Of a DNA stretch of 64,000 nucleotides, positions 16,769-26,603 are shown piece by piece. The stretch is from a bacterium (GTDB lineage Bacteria; Patescibacteriota; Minisyncoccia; UBA6257; 2-01-FULL-56-20). The notes beneath the pieces are model-generated. The model made no database searches and was not told where the DNA came from. It saw nothing but the letters and a program-made list of their open reading frames with translations. The position numbers and the translations under genes were made by a program. Every line of letters starts with the position of its first letter. The first letter of the stretch is position 1. The DNA lies in the NCBI GenBank assembly GCA_027310625.1, contig DAIDAM010000003.1, forward strand, positions 2,239 through 66,238, read 5' to 3'.

Positions 16769-18292
16769 ATGACCGTAATTATAAAAAACGTACGGCCGCT
16801 CGCAGCCGCGCGGCAACTTCCGCAGCAGGTTGACGTCCTCATAAGCGGCGACAAAATCTCCGCCTTCGGAAGTTTTCCCTCAAAAGGGGCGGATGAAACG
16901 ATAGACGGACAGGGAGCGTATTTAAGCCCCGGATTTGTAGACGTAAATACGGACTCCGACCACTACCTCACTCTTTTTGACGACCCGGCGCAGGAAGATT
17001 TTTTGATGCAGGGCGTCACGACAATCATCGGCGGACAGTGCGGTTCGTCGCTTGCGCCCCTCATCTACGGCGGACTTGAATCCGTAAGGAAGTGGGCGGA
17101 CATAAGCAAAGTAAACGTCGGCTGGCATTCTCTTGCAGAATTTGTTTCGGTTCTTGAAAAAAAACGCATCGGCGTCAATTTCGGCACGCTTGTGGGTCAT
17201 TCCACGATAAGAAGAGCTCTCGTCGGCGAATCGCAAAGGGCGCTTACGAAAAACGAACTGTCGATTTTTCTGGAAGTGCTCAAAAAATCCCTTCACGAGG
17301 GCGGCTTCGGTTTTTCAACCGGCCTCGGATATATTCACAGCAGAAACACCCCCTACCAGGAAATAAAGTCCTTTCTTAAAATAGTAAAAAACTACGACGG
17401 CGTATACGCCACGCATTTAAGAAAGAGCGGCGACGGCCTCGCCGAATCAATAGAGGAAACGCTTAAGGTTCACAACGAGACCGGCGTTAAAACCGTTATC
17501 AGCCACTTCCTGCCGCATTTCGGCGAAGAGGAAGAATACGAAAAAGCGCTTGAAGAATTCGCGAAACTGCCGGGGACGAGCGATTTTAACTTTGACGTTT
17601 ATCCTTTCAATCACACAATAGTTCCTCTTTACACGCTTTTGCCGGAATGGGCGCAAAGGGACAATCTTGAAACAATGAACAAACTTTTGCAGGATGAGTG
17701 GCAGCGTTCAAAAATACTGAAAGAGATTCCCAAACTTGAACCAGATAGCATCGTCGTTTCGAAAGCGCCCAAAAACGAAGCGGTTGTCGGGCATTCGTTG
17801 GGGGAACTCTCGTCAATTTACGGAATGAAGAATCCGAAAGACGCGCTGATGCGGCTGATGATGACGACGAATCTCAAAGCCGTCGTTTTTTACAAAAATA
17901 TAAACGAAAGGCTGATTAAAACGGCGCTTTCTCATCCGCGCTCTCTTATTGCGTCCAATGCCGCAAGCTCAGCCGACAAAAGCGATGAAAAATCGCTTAA
18001 ATCCGAGCGCGCTTTGTCAACTTTCAAGAAATTCATTTCTCTTGCGGCAAACGAAAATCTTATGCCTCTTGAAAAAGCGGTGAGAAAAATAACTTCCATT
18101 CCCGCGGAAAAGTTCAATTTGCGGGGCAGAGGAGAACTAAAAGAAGGTAATTTCGCCGATTTGGTCGTTTTCGGCGCCGGGGAAGGAAAAGATACGGAAA
18201 TAAAAGCGGTGGTCGCAAACGGCAAAGTGGCCGTAAAAGACGGCATCCTTAAAAACGGCGAAGCCGGAAAAATTCTGCGGCATGAAATATAA
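16769..18292 (+). CDS. amidohydrolase-family protein (D-aminoacylase/N-acyl-D-amino-acid deacylase-like), metal-binding motif degenerate
   Basis: 507 aa. 'LSPGFVDVNTDSDHY' sits at the position of the canonical 'FIDVHTHSD', with His replaced by Asn/Asp. The overall layout matches Amidohydro_3. Confidence 0.55.
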   Translation: MTVIIKNVRPLAAARQLPQQVDVLISGDKISAFGSFPSKGADETIDGQGAYLSPGFVDVNTDSDHYLTLFDDPAQEDFLMQGVTTIIGGQCGSSLAPLIYGGLESVRKWADISKVNVGWHSLAEFVSVLEKKRIGVNFGTLVGHSTIRRALVGESQRALTKNELSIFLEVLKKSLHEGGFGFSTGLGYIHSRNTPYQEIKSFLKIVKNYDGVYATHLRKSGDGLAESIEETLKVHNETGVKTVISHFLPHFGEEEEYEKALEEFAKLPGTSDFNFDVYPFNHTIVPLYTLLPEWAQRDNLETMNKLLQDEWQRSKILKEIPKLEPDSIVVSKAPKNEAVVGHSLGELSSIYGMKNPKDALMRLMMTTNLKAVVFYKNINERLIKTALSHPRSLIASNAASSADKSDEKSLKSERALSTFKKFISLAANENLMPLEKAVRKITSIPAEKFNLRGRGELKEGNFADLVVFGAGEGKDTEIKAVVANGKVAVKDGILKNGEAGKILRHEI

Positions 18293-18375
18293 AATCTGAA
18301 GCATGAAGCCCGAAATCCCAAACAACAAGTGAATTTTGTTTAAAATTTAAAATTTGAGATTTCGGATTTAGCAAC

Positions 18376-19476
18376 ATGTTTTTTAAAAGAAGCTACAAAC
18401 CAGATTACCTCCTGATGAGCGTTTTATTCATTCTCACCGTCCTCGGGATGGTCATTCTTGCAAGCGCTTCCTCAGAGCTCGGCAAATCCAAATTCAACGA
18501 CAGTTATTATTATCTGAAACACCAGATTATTTTCGGGCTGTCGTTCGGAATCATCGGTTTCATCGCGGCATATTTCATTCCTTATAAAAACTGGAGATAT
18601 TTTTCATTCGCTCTTTTAATTTTGAGCATCATTTTCCTTTCGCTTGTTTTCACCAAACTCGGGATTTCGTCCGGCGGCGCATCGCGATGGGTTAAAATCG
18701 GTCCCGTCTCCTTCCAACCCGCCGAAATAATCAAACTTACTTTCATCGTTTATCTCGCGGCATGGCTCAGTAATCCGAAAATGGACAGGATAAAAGATTT
18801 TTGGGTGGGTTTCATCCCCTTTATCCTTGTATCCGGCTTTATCGCAACTATGTTGATTCTCCAGCCGGCAACAAGCGTTGTTATGATACTTTTGGGCACG
18901 GCTTTGGTCATGTACTTGGTAAGCGGCGCGCGTCTTTTGCACATCGCCATCGCCATTGCAGCCGGAGCGGCCGTTATCGCCGTTGCGATACTCGCCACCC
19001 CCTACCGACTCCAAAGAATAATGACTTTTATAAATCCGCAAAAAGATACGACAACTTATTCTTATCAGATAAATCAATCCCTTAACGCCATAGGTTCGGG
19101 GGGAATTTTCGGGGTCGGCTATGGACGCTCGGTGACAAAAGGCGGATTTCTTCCAGGGCCCGCCGACGACTCCATCTTCGCGGTCGCGGCGGAAGAACTG
19201 GGTTTTGCGGGAGCGGGCACGATAGTGGCCCTTTTCGCCATTTTCGTTTTCCGTCTCTTTTGGCTGGCGAAGAATCTCCGCGACAAATTCGGCCAGCTGA
19301 TTCTGGTCGGCTTTGGTTCTCTGGTTGCTTTCCAATCGCTGATAAACATGGCGGCTTTGTCGGGGCTTATGCCGCTCACGGGAATCCCGCTTCCGTTCAT
19401 AAGTTACGGCGGAACCGCCCTCGCGGTCTTTTTGACTCTCGGGGGCATATCGGCAAACATATCGAAATATGTCTGA
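18376..19476 (+). CDS. ftsW: SEDS-family peptidoglycan glycosyltransferase FtsW/RodA
   Basis: 366 aa, 10 TM. 'SGGASRWVKIGPVSFQPAEIIKL', 'PADDSIFAVAAEELGF'. Lies immediately upstream of murG. Confidence 0.85.
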   Translation: MFFKRSYKPDYLLMSVLFILTVLGMVILASASSELGKSKFNDSYYYLKHQIIFGLSFGIIGFIAAYFIPYKNWRYFSFALLILSIIFLSLVFTKLGISSGGASRWVKIGPVSFQPAEIIKLTFIVYLAAWLSNPKMDRIKDFWVGFIPFILVSGFIATMLILQPATSVVMILLGTALVMYLVSGARLLHIAIAIAAGAAVIAVAILATPYRLQRIMTFINPQKDTTTYSYQINQSLNAIGSGGIFGVGYGRSVTKGGFLPGPADDSIFAVAAEELGFAGAGTIVALFAIFVFRLFWLAKNLRDKFGQLILVGFGSLVAFQSLINMAALSGLMPLTGIPLPFISYGGTALAVFLTLGGISANISKYV

Positions 19477-19529
19477 AAAATTGAATAATGAATTACGAAT
19501 TATGAATAAAGCGGAGATAAACTAAAACC

Positions 19530-20672
19530 ATGAAAACAATAAGAATTGCACTCACGGGAGGAGGAAGCGGGGGACACATATATCCCCTGGTCGCCGTGGC
19601 GGAAAAGCTGGAGCTCATCGCTATCGAACAGAAACTCTACATGGAGATAACGTATTTCGGTCCCGTTGACGTCTATAAACCCGTTCTTGAAGACGCCGGG
19701 ATAAAAACAAGCAAAATCGTTTCGGGAAAAATCCGGAGATACGGTTCTTTTTCAAACATAACCGACATACCGAAGTTTCTAATAGGGTTTTTGCAGGCGC
19801 TCGCGAAATTATTATTTTTCATGCCCGACGTTCTTTTTTCAAAAGGCGGCAGCGGGGCGTTCCCCGTCGTCCTTGCGGCGTGGTTTTACAGAATCCCCGT
19901 GGTGATTCACGAATCCGACGCGCAGCCGGGGCTCAACAATCTTTTTTCGGCGCGCTTTGCAAAAAGAATAGCGGTAAGTTTTGAAAAAGCCCTGAATTAT
20001 TTTGAGCCGAAAAAGACGGCATTGACGGGAACCCCGATAAGAAAATCAATGACGGACAACAGACAGGACGCGGGACTTGTCAAAGAAGAACTTGGATTCA
20101 ATTCCGACAAGCCGCTTGTCCTTTTTCTCGGCGGCTCACAGGGCTCCGAGAGAATAAACAAACTCCTGCTTTCCGTATTGAAGGATTTGACGAAAGAAGC
20201 GCAAATTCTTCATCAAACCGGGTTCGCGAATTTTTCGGCGGTTGAAGAAAGCGTCAAATCTTCCGCGTTGGAACTCATGCAAAAAACTCAGGAGGGGATA
20301 AAATATCTTCCCGTTCCCTATCTTGACCCGAAGGAAATGAAAATGGCGATGACGGCGGCGGATTTGATAGTTTCAAGAGGAGGAAGCAACACAATTTTTG
20401 AAATAGCGGCTTTTTCGAAGCCGTCCGTTATAATTCCGCTCCCGGAATCGGCGAACGACCATCAGCGCATAAATGCTTACGAGTTTGAAAAAATCGGGGC
20501 AACAATAGTCATAGAGGAAACGAATCTTTTCCCGAATCTGTTTCTCAACCAAATATCAAATCTGTTCAAGAATAAGGAACTTCTTAAAAAGATGGGTGAT
20601 GCCGCCGGCGGATTTTTCAAGCCGGACGCATCCAAAATAATTGCGGAAGAAATAATGAAACTCGCAAAGTGA
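19530..20672 (+). CDS. murG: UDP-N-acetylglucosamine--N-acetylmuramyl-(pentapeptide) pyrophosphoryl-undecaprenol GlcNAc transferase
   Basis: 'IALTGGGSGGHIYPLVAVAEKL', 'LGGSQGS'. GT28 architecture, 380 aa. Confidence 0.9.
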   Translation: MKTIRIALTGGGSGGHIYPLVAVAEKLELIAIEQKLYMEITYFGPVDVYKPVLEDAGIKTSKIVSGKIRRYGSFSNITDIPKFLIGFLQALAKLLFFMPDVLFSKGGSGAFPVVLAAWFYRIPVVIHESDAQPGLNNLFSARFAKRIAVSFEKALNYFEPKKTALTGTPIRKSMTDNRQDAGLVKEELGFNSDKPLVLFLGGSQGSERINKLLLSVLKDLTKEAQILHQTGFANFSAVEESVKSSALELMQKTQEGIKYLPVPYLDPKEMKMAMTAADLIVSRGGSNTIFEIAAFSKPSVIIPLPESANDHQRINAYEFEKIGATIVIEETNLFPNLFLNQISNLFKNKELLKKMGDAAGGFFKPDASKIIAEEIMKLAK

Positions 20673-20837
20673 AACGCGATACAAATATACAAATGCATGC
20701 GAATGATACGAATAATGCTGATTCGTATTCATTTGTATCATTAGAACAATTCGTAATATTTCGTATATTGGCATCATAGTTTACTGGATTACCGTTGGAA
20801 AATATGTCAAAATTCGCCCCATGTCCCGTAGGAAACT

Positions 20838-20866
20838 ATGCGGAAATACCTGTGCATTTCCGCATA
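20838..20866. promoter_or_regulatory. perfect 9-bp-stem hairpin TGCGGAAAT-ACCTGTGC-ATTTCCGCA in gltX leader region
   Basis: Inverted repeat read directly from the sequence ~95 nt upstream of the gltX start. No T-box consensus was found. Confidence 0.35.
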
Positions 20867-20959
20867 AAAATCCTAAGGGAGACTCTCTTCTATTCACGCC
20901 AACCGATTTAAGAAATAAAAAGGTATGGGTCGCCGAAAATATTTAATTTCCTACGGGAT

Positions 20960-22501
20960 ATGACAGCCACTCAAAAAAGAGGGGTACGTGTTCGTTTTGC
21001 TCCGTCGCCGACGGGGTTTCTGCACGTCGGCTCCGTAAGAACCGCACTCTTCAACTGGATTTTTGCAAAACAGAATAGCGGAAAATTTATTCTCAGAATC
21101 GAAGATACTGATAAGGAACGCTCAAAACCGGAATATGAAAAAAACATTCTTGAAAGTTTGAAATGGCTGGGTCTTGACTGGGATGAAGGACCCTCGCCCA
21201 ATGGCGCGCAGAATAACGCAGACGATACGCAGAATAACGCAGAAAAAAGTCAGCGTGAGTCAGCGTCAAGTCGGCGCAAGTCAGCGTATATTGGAGATTA
21301 TGGTCCTTATCGTCAGTCGGAAAGGATAAAAATTTACAGAAATTACATTGAACGTTTGATTGGCGAAGGAAGGGCTTATCGCTGCTTTTGCTCCAAAGAA
21401 CAGCTTGAATCAGACCGGCAAACGATGCTTGCCGAAGGTTTGCCTCCGAAATACGGCGGGCGATGCAGAAACATAAAAAAAGAAGACGGCGAAAAGAGAA
21501 TGAAAAACGGCGAAGCGTGCGTCATACGTTTCGTCGTTCCCGAAACGGATGTAGAATTCAACGATTTGGTCAGAGGGAATGTGAAATTCAGCGGCGAACT
21601 GATGGGGGACATGATAATCGCCAAAAGCGAGGATGAGCCGCTTTATAACTTCGCCGCAACGATAGACGACGAACTGATGGAAATAACCCACGTCATAAGG
21701 GCGGAAGAACACCTTTCAAACACGCCGAAACAAATATTTCTTCAGCAGGCGCTGAATTTCAGAGAGATTAAATACGCCCACATCCCTCTCATACTCAATC
21801 CCGACAGAAGCAAAATGTCCAAACGCTATCTTGAATCGTCGGTAAACGATTACCGCTCGGGAGGTTATCTGCCGGAAGCAATGCTGAATTTTCTTTCGCT
21901 TCTCGGATGGCATCCGAAAGAAGAAAAAGAAATTCTCGGCATTGACGAAATAATAAAAGAATTTGACATCAAGCGCGTGCAAAAAGCCGGAGCCGTTTTC
22001 AATATTGAAAAGCTGAACTGGATAAATTCCCAATACATAAAGAAGAAAACGAATACAGAGTTGGCGGCGCTTTTGAGAATTTTTCTTGAAAATAAAAATA
22101 TTGACGCGGAAGATGAATTTGTCGCAAAGGTCGCCGGCGCCGAGAAAGAGCGCGTAAAGACCATTGCCGAATTAGCCGAAGCCGCCGAGTTTTTTTTCAA
22201 ACTTCCCGATTACGGTCCGGAGCTTTTGACATGGAAAAATAGAACAGCCGCCGAGACGAAAAATGCAATAAATGAATCGCTTAAGATGTTGGATGAGATA
22301 CCGGAAGAAAAATTCGCGAGGGAAGAAATCGGGAACGCGCTGCAGCAATTGATAGAAAAAACGGGCAGGGGAGAGGTTCTGTGGCCAATCAGAGCCGCAC
22401 TTTCAGGGCAAAAAGCTTCGCCGGACCCCCTTGAAATAATGGGGATTTTAGGCAAAAAGGAAACGGAAAGGCGATTAAAAATCGCGATGAAAAAATTATA
22501 A
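20960..22501 (+). CDS. gltX: glutamyl-tRNA synthetase (non-discriminating likely), with ~28-aa low-complexity insertion
   Basis: 'RFAPSPTGFLHVGSVRTALFNW' (HIGH region) and 'KMSKR'. An insertion 'NGAQNNADDTQNNAEKSQRESASSRRKSAY' lies between the conserved 'WDEGP' and 'GDYGPYRQSER'. Confidence 0.9.
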   Translation: MTATQKRGVRVRFAPSPTGFLHVGSVRTALFNWIFAKQNSGKFILRIEDTDKERSKPEYEKNILESLKWLGLDWDEGPSPNGAQNNADDTQNNAEKSQRESASSRRKSAYIGDYGPYRQSERIKIYRNYIERLIGEGRAYRCFCSKEQLESDRQTMLAEGLPPKYGGRCRNIKKEDGEKRMKNGEACVIRFVVPETDVEFNDLVRGNVKFSGELMGDMIIAKSEDEPLYNFAATIDDELMEITHVIRAEEHLSNTPKQIFLQQALNFREIKYAHIPLILNPDRSKMSKRYLESSVNDYRSGGYLPEAMLNFLSLLGWHPKEEKEILGIDEIIKEFDIKRVQKAGAVFNIEKLNWINSQYIKKKTNTELAALLRIFLENKNIDAEDEFVAKVAGAEKERVKTIAELAEAAEFFFKLPDYGPELLTWKNRTAAETKNAINESLKMLDEIPEEKFAREEIGNALQQLIEKTGRGEVLWPIRAALSGQKASPDPLEIMGILGKKETERRLKIAMKKL

Positions 22502-22521
22502 AATTCATCGTCGGAATTAAA

Positions 22522-23817
22522 ATGAGAATATACATATCGGTACTCCTCGTAATTTTCTTCTTTGGAAATTTTCTTTCGGTTGTTTTCGGACAGGAAGCAA
22601 CATCAACTTCTCCGCAAACCGAGCTGCAATCAAAAATACAGGAAAGAACACGGCAACTGGAGGAAATAAACGGTAAGCTTAAGGAAGCTGAAAAAAATCT
22701 CTCGGAAACGCAAAACCAGCGCCAAACTCTTCAAAATCAGGTAAAAATTTATCAAAACACGATAAACCAGCTTAACCTCAACATTAATAACGACAACGTC
22801 TCAATTCAGAAATTAAGTTTAGAAGTGGAATCTCTCAACTACGATTTAAGAGACATACAGGAATCAATAGACAATAAAAAAATCGCAATAAATAAACTCC
22901 TCGTCGAGATTCAAAAAAACGACTACGAAAATTCCAATTTGCTGGCGGTTTTTCTCAAAAGCAAAACTCTTGCCGACGGCGTAATGGAAGCGCAGTCACT
23001 TGTGAATATAAGAAGTCAGCTCGATGACGATATCCAGAATCTTTCAACTCTCAGCGAACAATACACCTCCAAAATACAGGATAAAAACGGAAAAATCTCG
23101 GAAACGGAAATTCGTAAAAACAATCTTTCCGCAAGAAAATCAATAGTGGCTGGTCAAAAAGAAGAACAACAGACGCTCCTGACGCAAACAAGAGAGCGGG
23201 AGAGTGTCTACCAGAAACAACTCTCCGATATATACGCGCTGCAGGAAAAAGTCGCCGCCGAAATAGAAGAGATGGATAGGCAGCTGCGGCAGAATATTGA
23301 TCCTTCTCTTTTACCGCCGACAGACCCGAATACTTTCCTGAACCCCGTTCCCGCCGCCTATTTAACGCAGGGGTACGGAAGCACAAGTTTTGCCTTAAGA
23401 AATTACCGCGGAAAATGGCACAACGGGATAGATTTGGGCGCCCCTCTCGGCACCGAAATTTTCGCCGCCGCTGACGGCGTTGTGATCAATGTTGGAAATC
23501 AGGACAAATTTTGCCCCAAAGCCGGCTACGGAAAATTCGTGGTCATCAAGCACAATAACGGTCTGACAACGCTGTACGCGCACATGTCACTCTACGTTGT
23601 CTCCATCGGAGACAAAGTATCCCGCGGCCAGCTGATCGGATACGTCGGAAGAACGGGGTATGCGACGGGACCCCATACGCACCTCACCGTTTTCGCGAGC
23701 CAAACGCTGACACCCGCAAGAAGCGGCTACCCGGAAGGCGCAAAACCGTCAAGCTGCGGGCCTACGCCGGTGGGCGGCGACCTGAACCCGTTGCTCTATG
23801 TTTCCGTCAGAAAATAA
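22522..23817 (+). CDS. secreted coiled-coil M23-family peptidoglycan metalloendopeptidase (EnvC/NlpD-like)
   Basis: Signal peptide, long Q/N/E-rich coiled coil, and a C-terminal M23 domain with 'HNGIDLGAPLGTEIFAAADGVV', 'LYAHMS', 'GPHTHL'. Confidence 0.85.
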   Translation: MRIYISVLLVIFFFGNFLSVVFGQEATSTSPQTELQSKIQERTRQLEEINGKLKEAEKNLSETQNQRQTLQNQVKIYQNTINQLNLNINNDNVSIQKLSLEVESLNYDLRDIQESIDNKKIAINKLLVEIQKNDYENSNLLAVFLKSKTLADGVMEAQSLVNIRSQLDDDIQNLSTLSEQYTSKIQDKNGKISETEIRKNNLSARKSIVAGQKEEQQTLLTQTRERESVYQKQLSDIYALQEKVAAEIEEMDRQLRQNIDPSLLPPTDPNTFLNPVPAAYLTQGYGSTSFALRNYRGKWHNGIDLGAPLGTEIFAAADGVVINVGNQDKFCPKAGYGKFVVIKHNNGLTTLYAHMSLYVVSIGDKVSRGQLIGYVGRTGYATGPHTHLTVFASQTLTPARSGYPEGAKPSSCGPTPVGGDLNPLLYVSVRK

Positions 23818-23831
23818 CTTCCGACGATTCG

Positions 23832-25049
23832 ATGCAAATTTTCAGCACGCTTAAAAAAATAGTAAGAAATTTTCTGCCGGATTCTCTCATCAGCTTTTAT
23901 CATTTTGTTTTGGCATATTTGAGCGCTTTAATTTACGGTTTTCCGTCGCACCAGCTTTGCGTAATCGGCGTGACGGGCACAAAAGGCAAAACAACCGTAA
24001 CCGAACTGCTTACCGCGATTCTTGAATCGTCCGGGAAAAAAGTGGCGCTGGCGAACGGTCTCCGCTTCAAAATCGGAGACAATGAAACTCCCAACCTTTT
24101 CAAAATGACGATGCCCGGGCGGGGAAGGCTTCAAAAATTTCTGTCTGAGGCACGAAAATCGGGATGCAGCTATGCGGTACTTGAAGTCACTTCGGAAGGC
24201 ATCCGTCAGCATAGAAACGCATTTATCCGGTTTGCAATCGCCTCGTTAACGAATGTGCAAAAAGAACATTTGGAATCGCACGGTTCTTTTGATGCCTACC
24301 GCGCGGAAAAGGGCAAATTTTTCCGAGAAGTAGGGGATACCCATGTCATTAACGCCGAAGACCCGAACGCGGAATATTTCGGAAGATTCCCGGCAAAGAA
24401 AAAAATATTTTATTCACTGAAAGATGCCGAGAGATTAAAACTCAAGCCGCGCATTTGGGGCGAATTCAATATCATGAACGCGGTTTGCGCCGCGACGATT
24501 GCCGAAACGCTCGGCATCCCCGTTGAAAAAATACGGAAGGCAGTTTCCGATTTCAGAGGAACGCCGGGAAGGATGGAATCAATGCAGCGCGAACCTTTCA
24601 CGGTGATAGTGGATTACGCCCATACGCCCGATTCTTTAGAATCCGTTTATCGGGCAATCCGGGACAACATTAAACCCGCTCATATGGTGTGCCTGCTCGG
24701 CGCCGCAGGAAATCGCGACAAGTGGAAAAGACCGGTTATGGGCGGCATTGCCGCGCAATATTGCGATTTGATTTTCCTTGCAGACGAAGACCCGTACGAC
24801 GAAAACCCGGCCGAGATATTAAATGAAATAAAGTCGGGGATACCGAACGCCAAAATAAAACAAACAAATGTGGTGCCGGACAGAAAAAAGGCGATCGGAG
24901 AAGCGATTAAATCGGCGGGGGCGGGCGATGCCGTAATCATTACCGGCAAAGGAGCGGAACAATACATGATTGTCGGTTCAAAAAAAATCCCTTGGGACGA
25001 CCGCGAGGTGGTTCGCCAGGAATTAAGAAAAATGGTAAAATCGCATTGA
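23832..25049 (+). CDS. Mur ligase family protein (MurE-like, lacks N-terminal domain)
   Basis: 'VIGVTGTKGKTTVTELL' (P-loop), 'DYAHTPDSLESVYRAI', 'GNRDK'. 405 aa. Confidence 0.7.
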   Translation: MQIFSTLKKIVRNFLPDSLISFYHFVLAYLSALIYGFPSHQLCVIGVTGTKGKTTVTELLTAILESSGKKVALANGLRFKIGDNETPNLFKMTMPGRGRLQKFLSEARKSGCSYAVLEVTSEGIRQHRNAFIRFAIASLTNVQKEHLESHGSFDAYRAEKGKFFREVGDTHVINAEDPNAEYFGRFPAKKKIFYSLKDAERLKLKPRIWGEFNIMNAVCAATIAETLGIPVEKIRKAVSDFRGTPGRMESMQREPFTVIVDYAHTPDSLESVYRAIRDNIKPAHMVCLLGAAGNRDKWKRPVMGGIAAQYCDLIFLADEDPYDENPAEILNEIKSGIPNAKIKQTNVVPDRKKAIGEAIKSAGAGDAVIITGKGAEQYMIVGSKKIPWDDREVVRQELRKMVKSH

Positions 25050-25054
25050 TAAAA

Positions 25055-25462
25055 ATGAAAAAAATCCTTGTTATTTTTACAACCGTTGTTTTGCTGATAC
25101 CGACGTTATCGTTGGCGGAAATTTCACTCCAAACGCCGCAGAGCACATTGAATCTTCAAAGCTTGCCGTCGCCGTTCAGTGAATTCATCGGGAACCTTCG
25201 AGACATAAACAATTCTTTCAATACTCAAATAAGCAAATACTTCAGCATCTCGCCGATTCAGGCGCCGATAAGTTTTGAACAAATAAGCAAACTAAGTCCC
25301 AATCAATGGATCCAAAACATTCAAAACATGTTCCAAAATACGCCGCTGTCTGGTTTATATTCCATAGTAGTTAAAATTATCCAGACGGTGGGAAACATAG
25401 TTCTTTGGATTCTTGAAACGGCGATAGATCTCATAAAAGGCGGGTTGTCCATGTTGCGTTGA
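25055..25462 (+). CDS. small secreted hypothetical protein
   Basis: Start moved to 'MKKILVIFTTVVLLIPTLSLA' (signal peptide). The longer ORF-track start overlaps the preceding Mur ligase gene. Confidence 0.45.
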   Translation: MKKILVIFTTVVLLIPTLSLAEISLQTPQSTLNLQSLPSPFSEFIGNLRDINNSFNTQISKYFSISPIQAPISFEQISKLSPNQWIQNIQNMFQNTPLSGLYSIVVKIIQTVGNIVLWILETAIDLIKGGLSMLR

Positions 25463-25522
25463 TTGCGCTGATAGTCAAAGTAGATTTTATGATATTTGCT
25501 GGGCAAATGTTATAAAATTCAC

Positions 25523-25548
25523 GTCAACCTTGTTACGTCAGATATCAG
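25523..25548. promoter_or_regulatory. perfect palindrome ACGTCAGATAT-CAGA-ATATCTGACGT upstream of murC
   Basis: 11-bp arms with a 4-nt spacer, ~40 nt upstream of the murC start. No T-run follows, so an operator is more likely than a terminator. Confidence 0.4.
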
Positions 25549-25586
25549 AATATCTGACGTAAAAGGTATATTGGGCGACATATCTT

Positions 25587-26603
25587 ATGGCGAAGAAACA
25601 AAAAGAAAACCAATATCCCCTAGCAGATGTGCCATTCCTCTCAATAAGCCCGAAATCCGTTCATTTTATCGGCGTTCTGGGCATCGGCATAAGCTCCCTT
25701 GCCCAGTGGTTTATGGCCCGCCCTGAGCGCGGTCGAAGGGCTCAAAAATGGGCTGTTTCGGGGTCGGATACGGCAATTGGTCCTACCTATCAAATGCTCA
25801 AAAAAGCCGGTTTAAAAGCAAAAATTGGGCATAAAAGAGGCAATATTCCAGCAAAATGCGGTCTTGTTATATATAGCCGGGCGATAAAAAAGAATAACCC
25901 CGAACTTAAAGAAGCAAAAAGAATGGACATACCCGCGCTCTCCTATCCGCAGGCCGTCGGGAAGCTGACAAAGTTCTACAAAACGATTTGCATTTCCGGC
26001 ATGCACGGAAAGAGCACTACAACGGCGCTGACTGCGTTTCTTTTAATTAATGCGGGGTTGGATCCGACGGTAATCATCGGCACGCGCCTGAAGGAATTCG
26101 GATACAGAAATTTCCGCAATGGAAAAAACGAATTTCTTGTTTTAGAGGCGGACGAATACAAAGACGCTTTTTTGAACTACTCCCCTGCTTTTGCGATAGT
26201 CACCAATATAGACAAAGAACATCTGGACTATTTCAAAAACATAAACGAAATAAAAAATTCTTTTCTGAATTTTTTCCGCCGCGTAAAAAAAGGCGGAATA
26301 ATTATATTAAACCGCGACGATGCAATGCTTTATTCCCTCAAACGAAAAATAGATAAATTAAGCAAAATCAGAAACATAAAAACAAAATGGTATTCACTGC
26401 GAGACAAAGAAGCGGCGGAAGTAAAAAAGTATATAAAGTTGCCGGGAATGCATAATGTATCAAATGCTCTAGCGGTATATTGTTTGTCAAAGTTTCTCGG
26501 AATAAGCGGAAAAACCTTCTTAAAAACCATCTCCGAATACGCCGGTTCGTGGAGAAGAATGGAATACCGCGGCAAGTATCAAGTATCAAGTATCAGTTTA
26601 TGA
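25587..26603 (+). CDS. murC: UDP-N-acetylmuramate--L-alanine ligase, N-terminal and central domains (reading frame broken at 3' end)
   Basis: 'HFIGVLGIGISSLAQWF', 'CISGMHGKSTTTAL', 'LVLEADEY'. The ORF terminates inside the tandem heptamer AAGTATC x3 at 26582-26602. Confidence 0.8.
   Translation: MAKKQKENQYPLADVPFLSISPKSVHFIGVLGIGISSLAQWFMARPERGRRAQKWAVSGSDTAIGPTYQMLKKAGLKAKIGHKRGNIPAKCGLVIYSRAIKKNNPELKEAKRMDIPALSYPQAVGKLTKFYKTICISGMHGKSTTTALTAFLLINAGLDPTVIIGTRLKEFGYRNFRNGKNEFLVLEADEYKDAFLNYSPAFAIVTNIDKEHLDYFKNINEIKNSFLNFFRRVKKGGIIILNRDDAMLYSLKRKIDKLSKIRNIKTKWYSLRDKEAAEVKKYIKLPGMHNVSNALAVYCLSKFLGISGKTFLKTISEYAGSWRRMEYRGKYQVSSISL

Noticed and set aside
20673-20959. T-box riboswitch upstream of gltX
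   Set aside because: A hairpin is present but no T-box consensus (AATTAGGGTGGNACCGCG-like) or specifier-loop architecture was recognisable.
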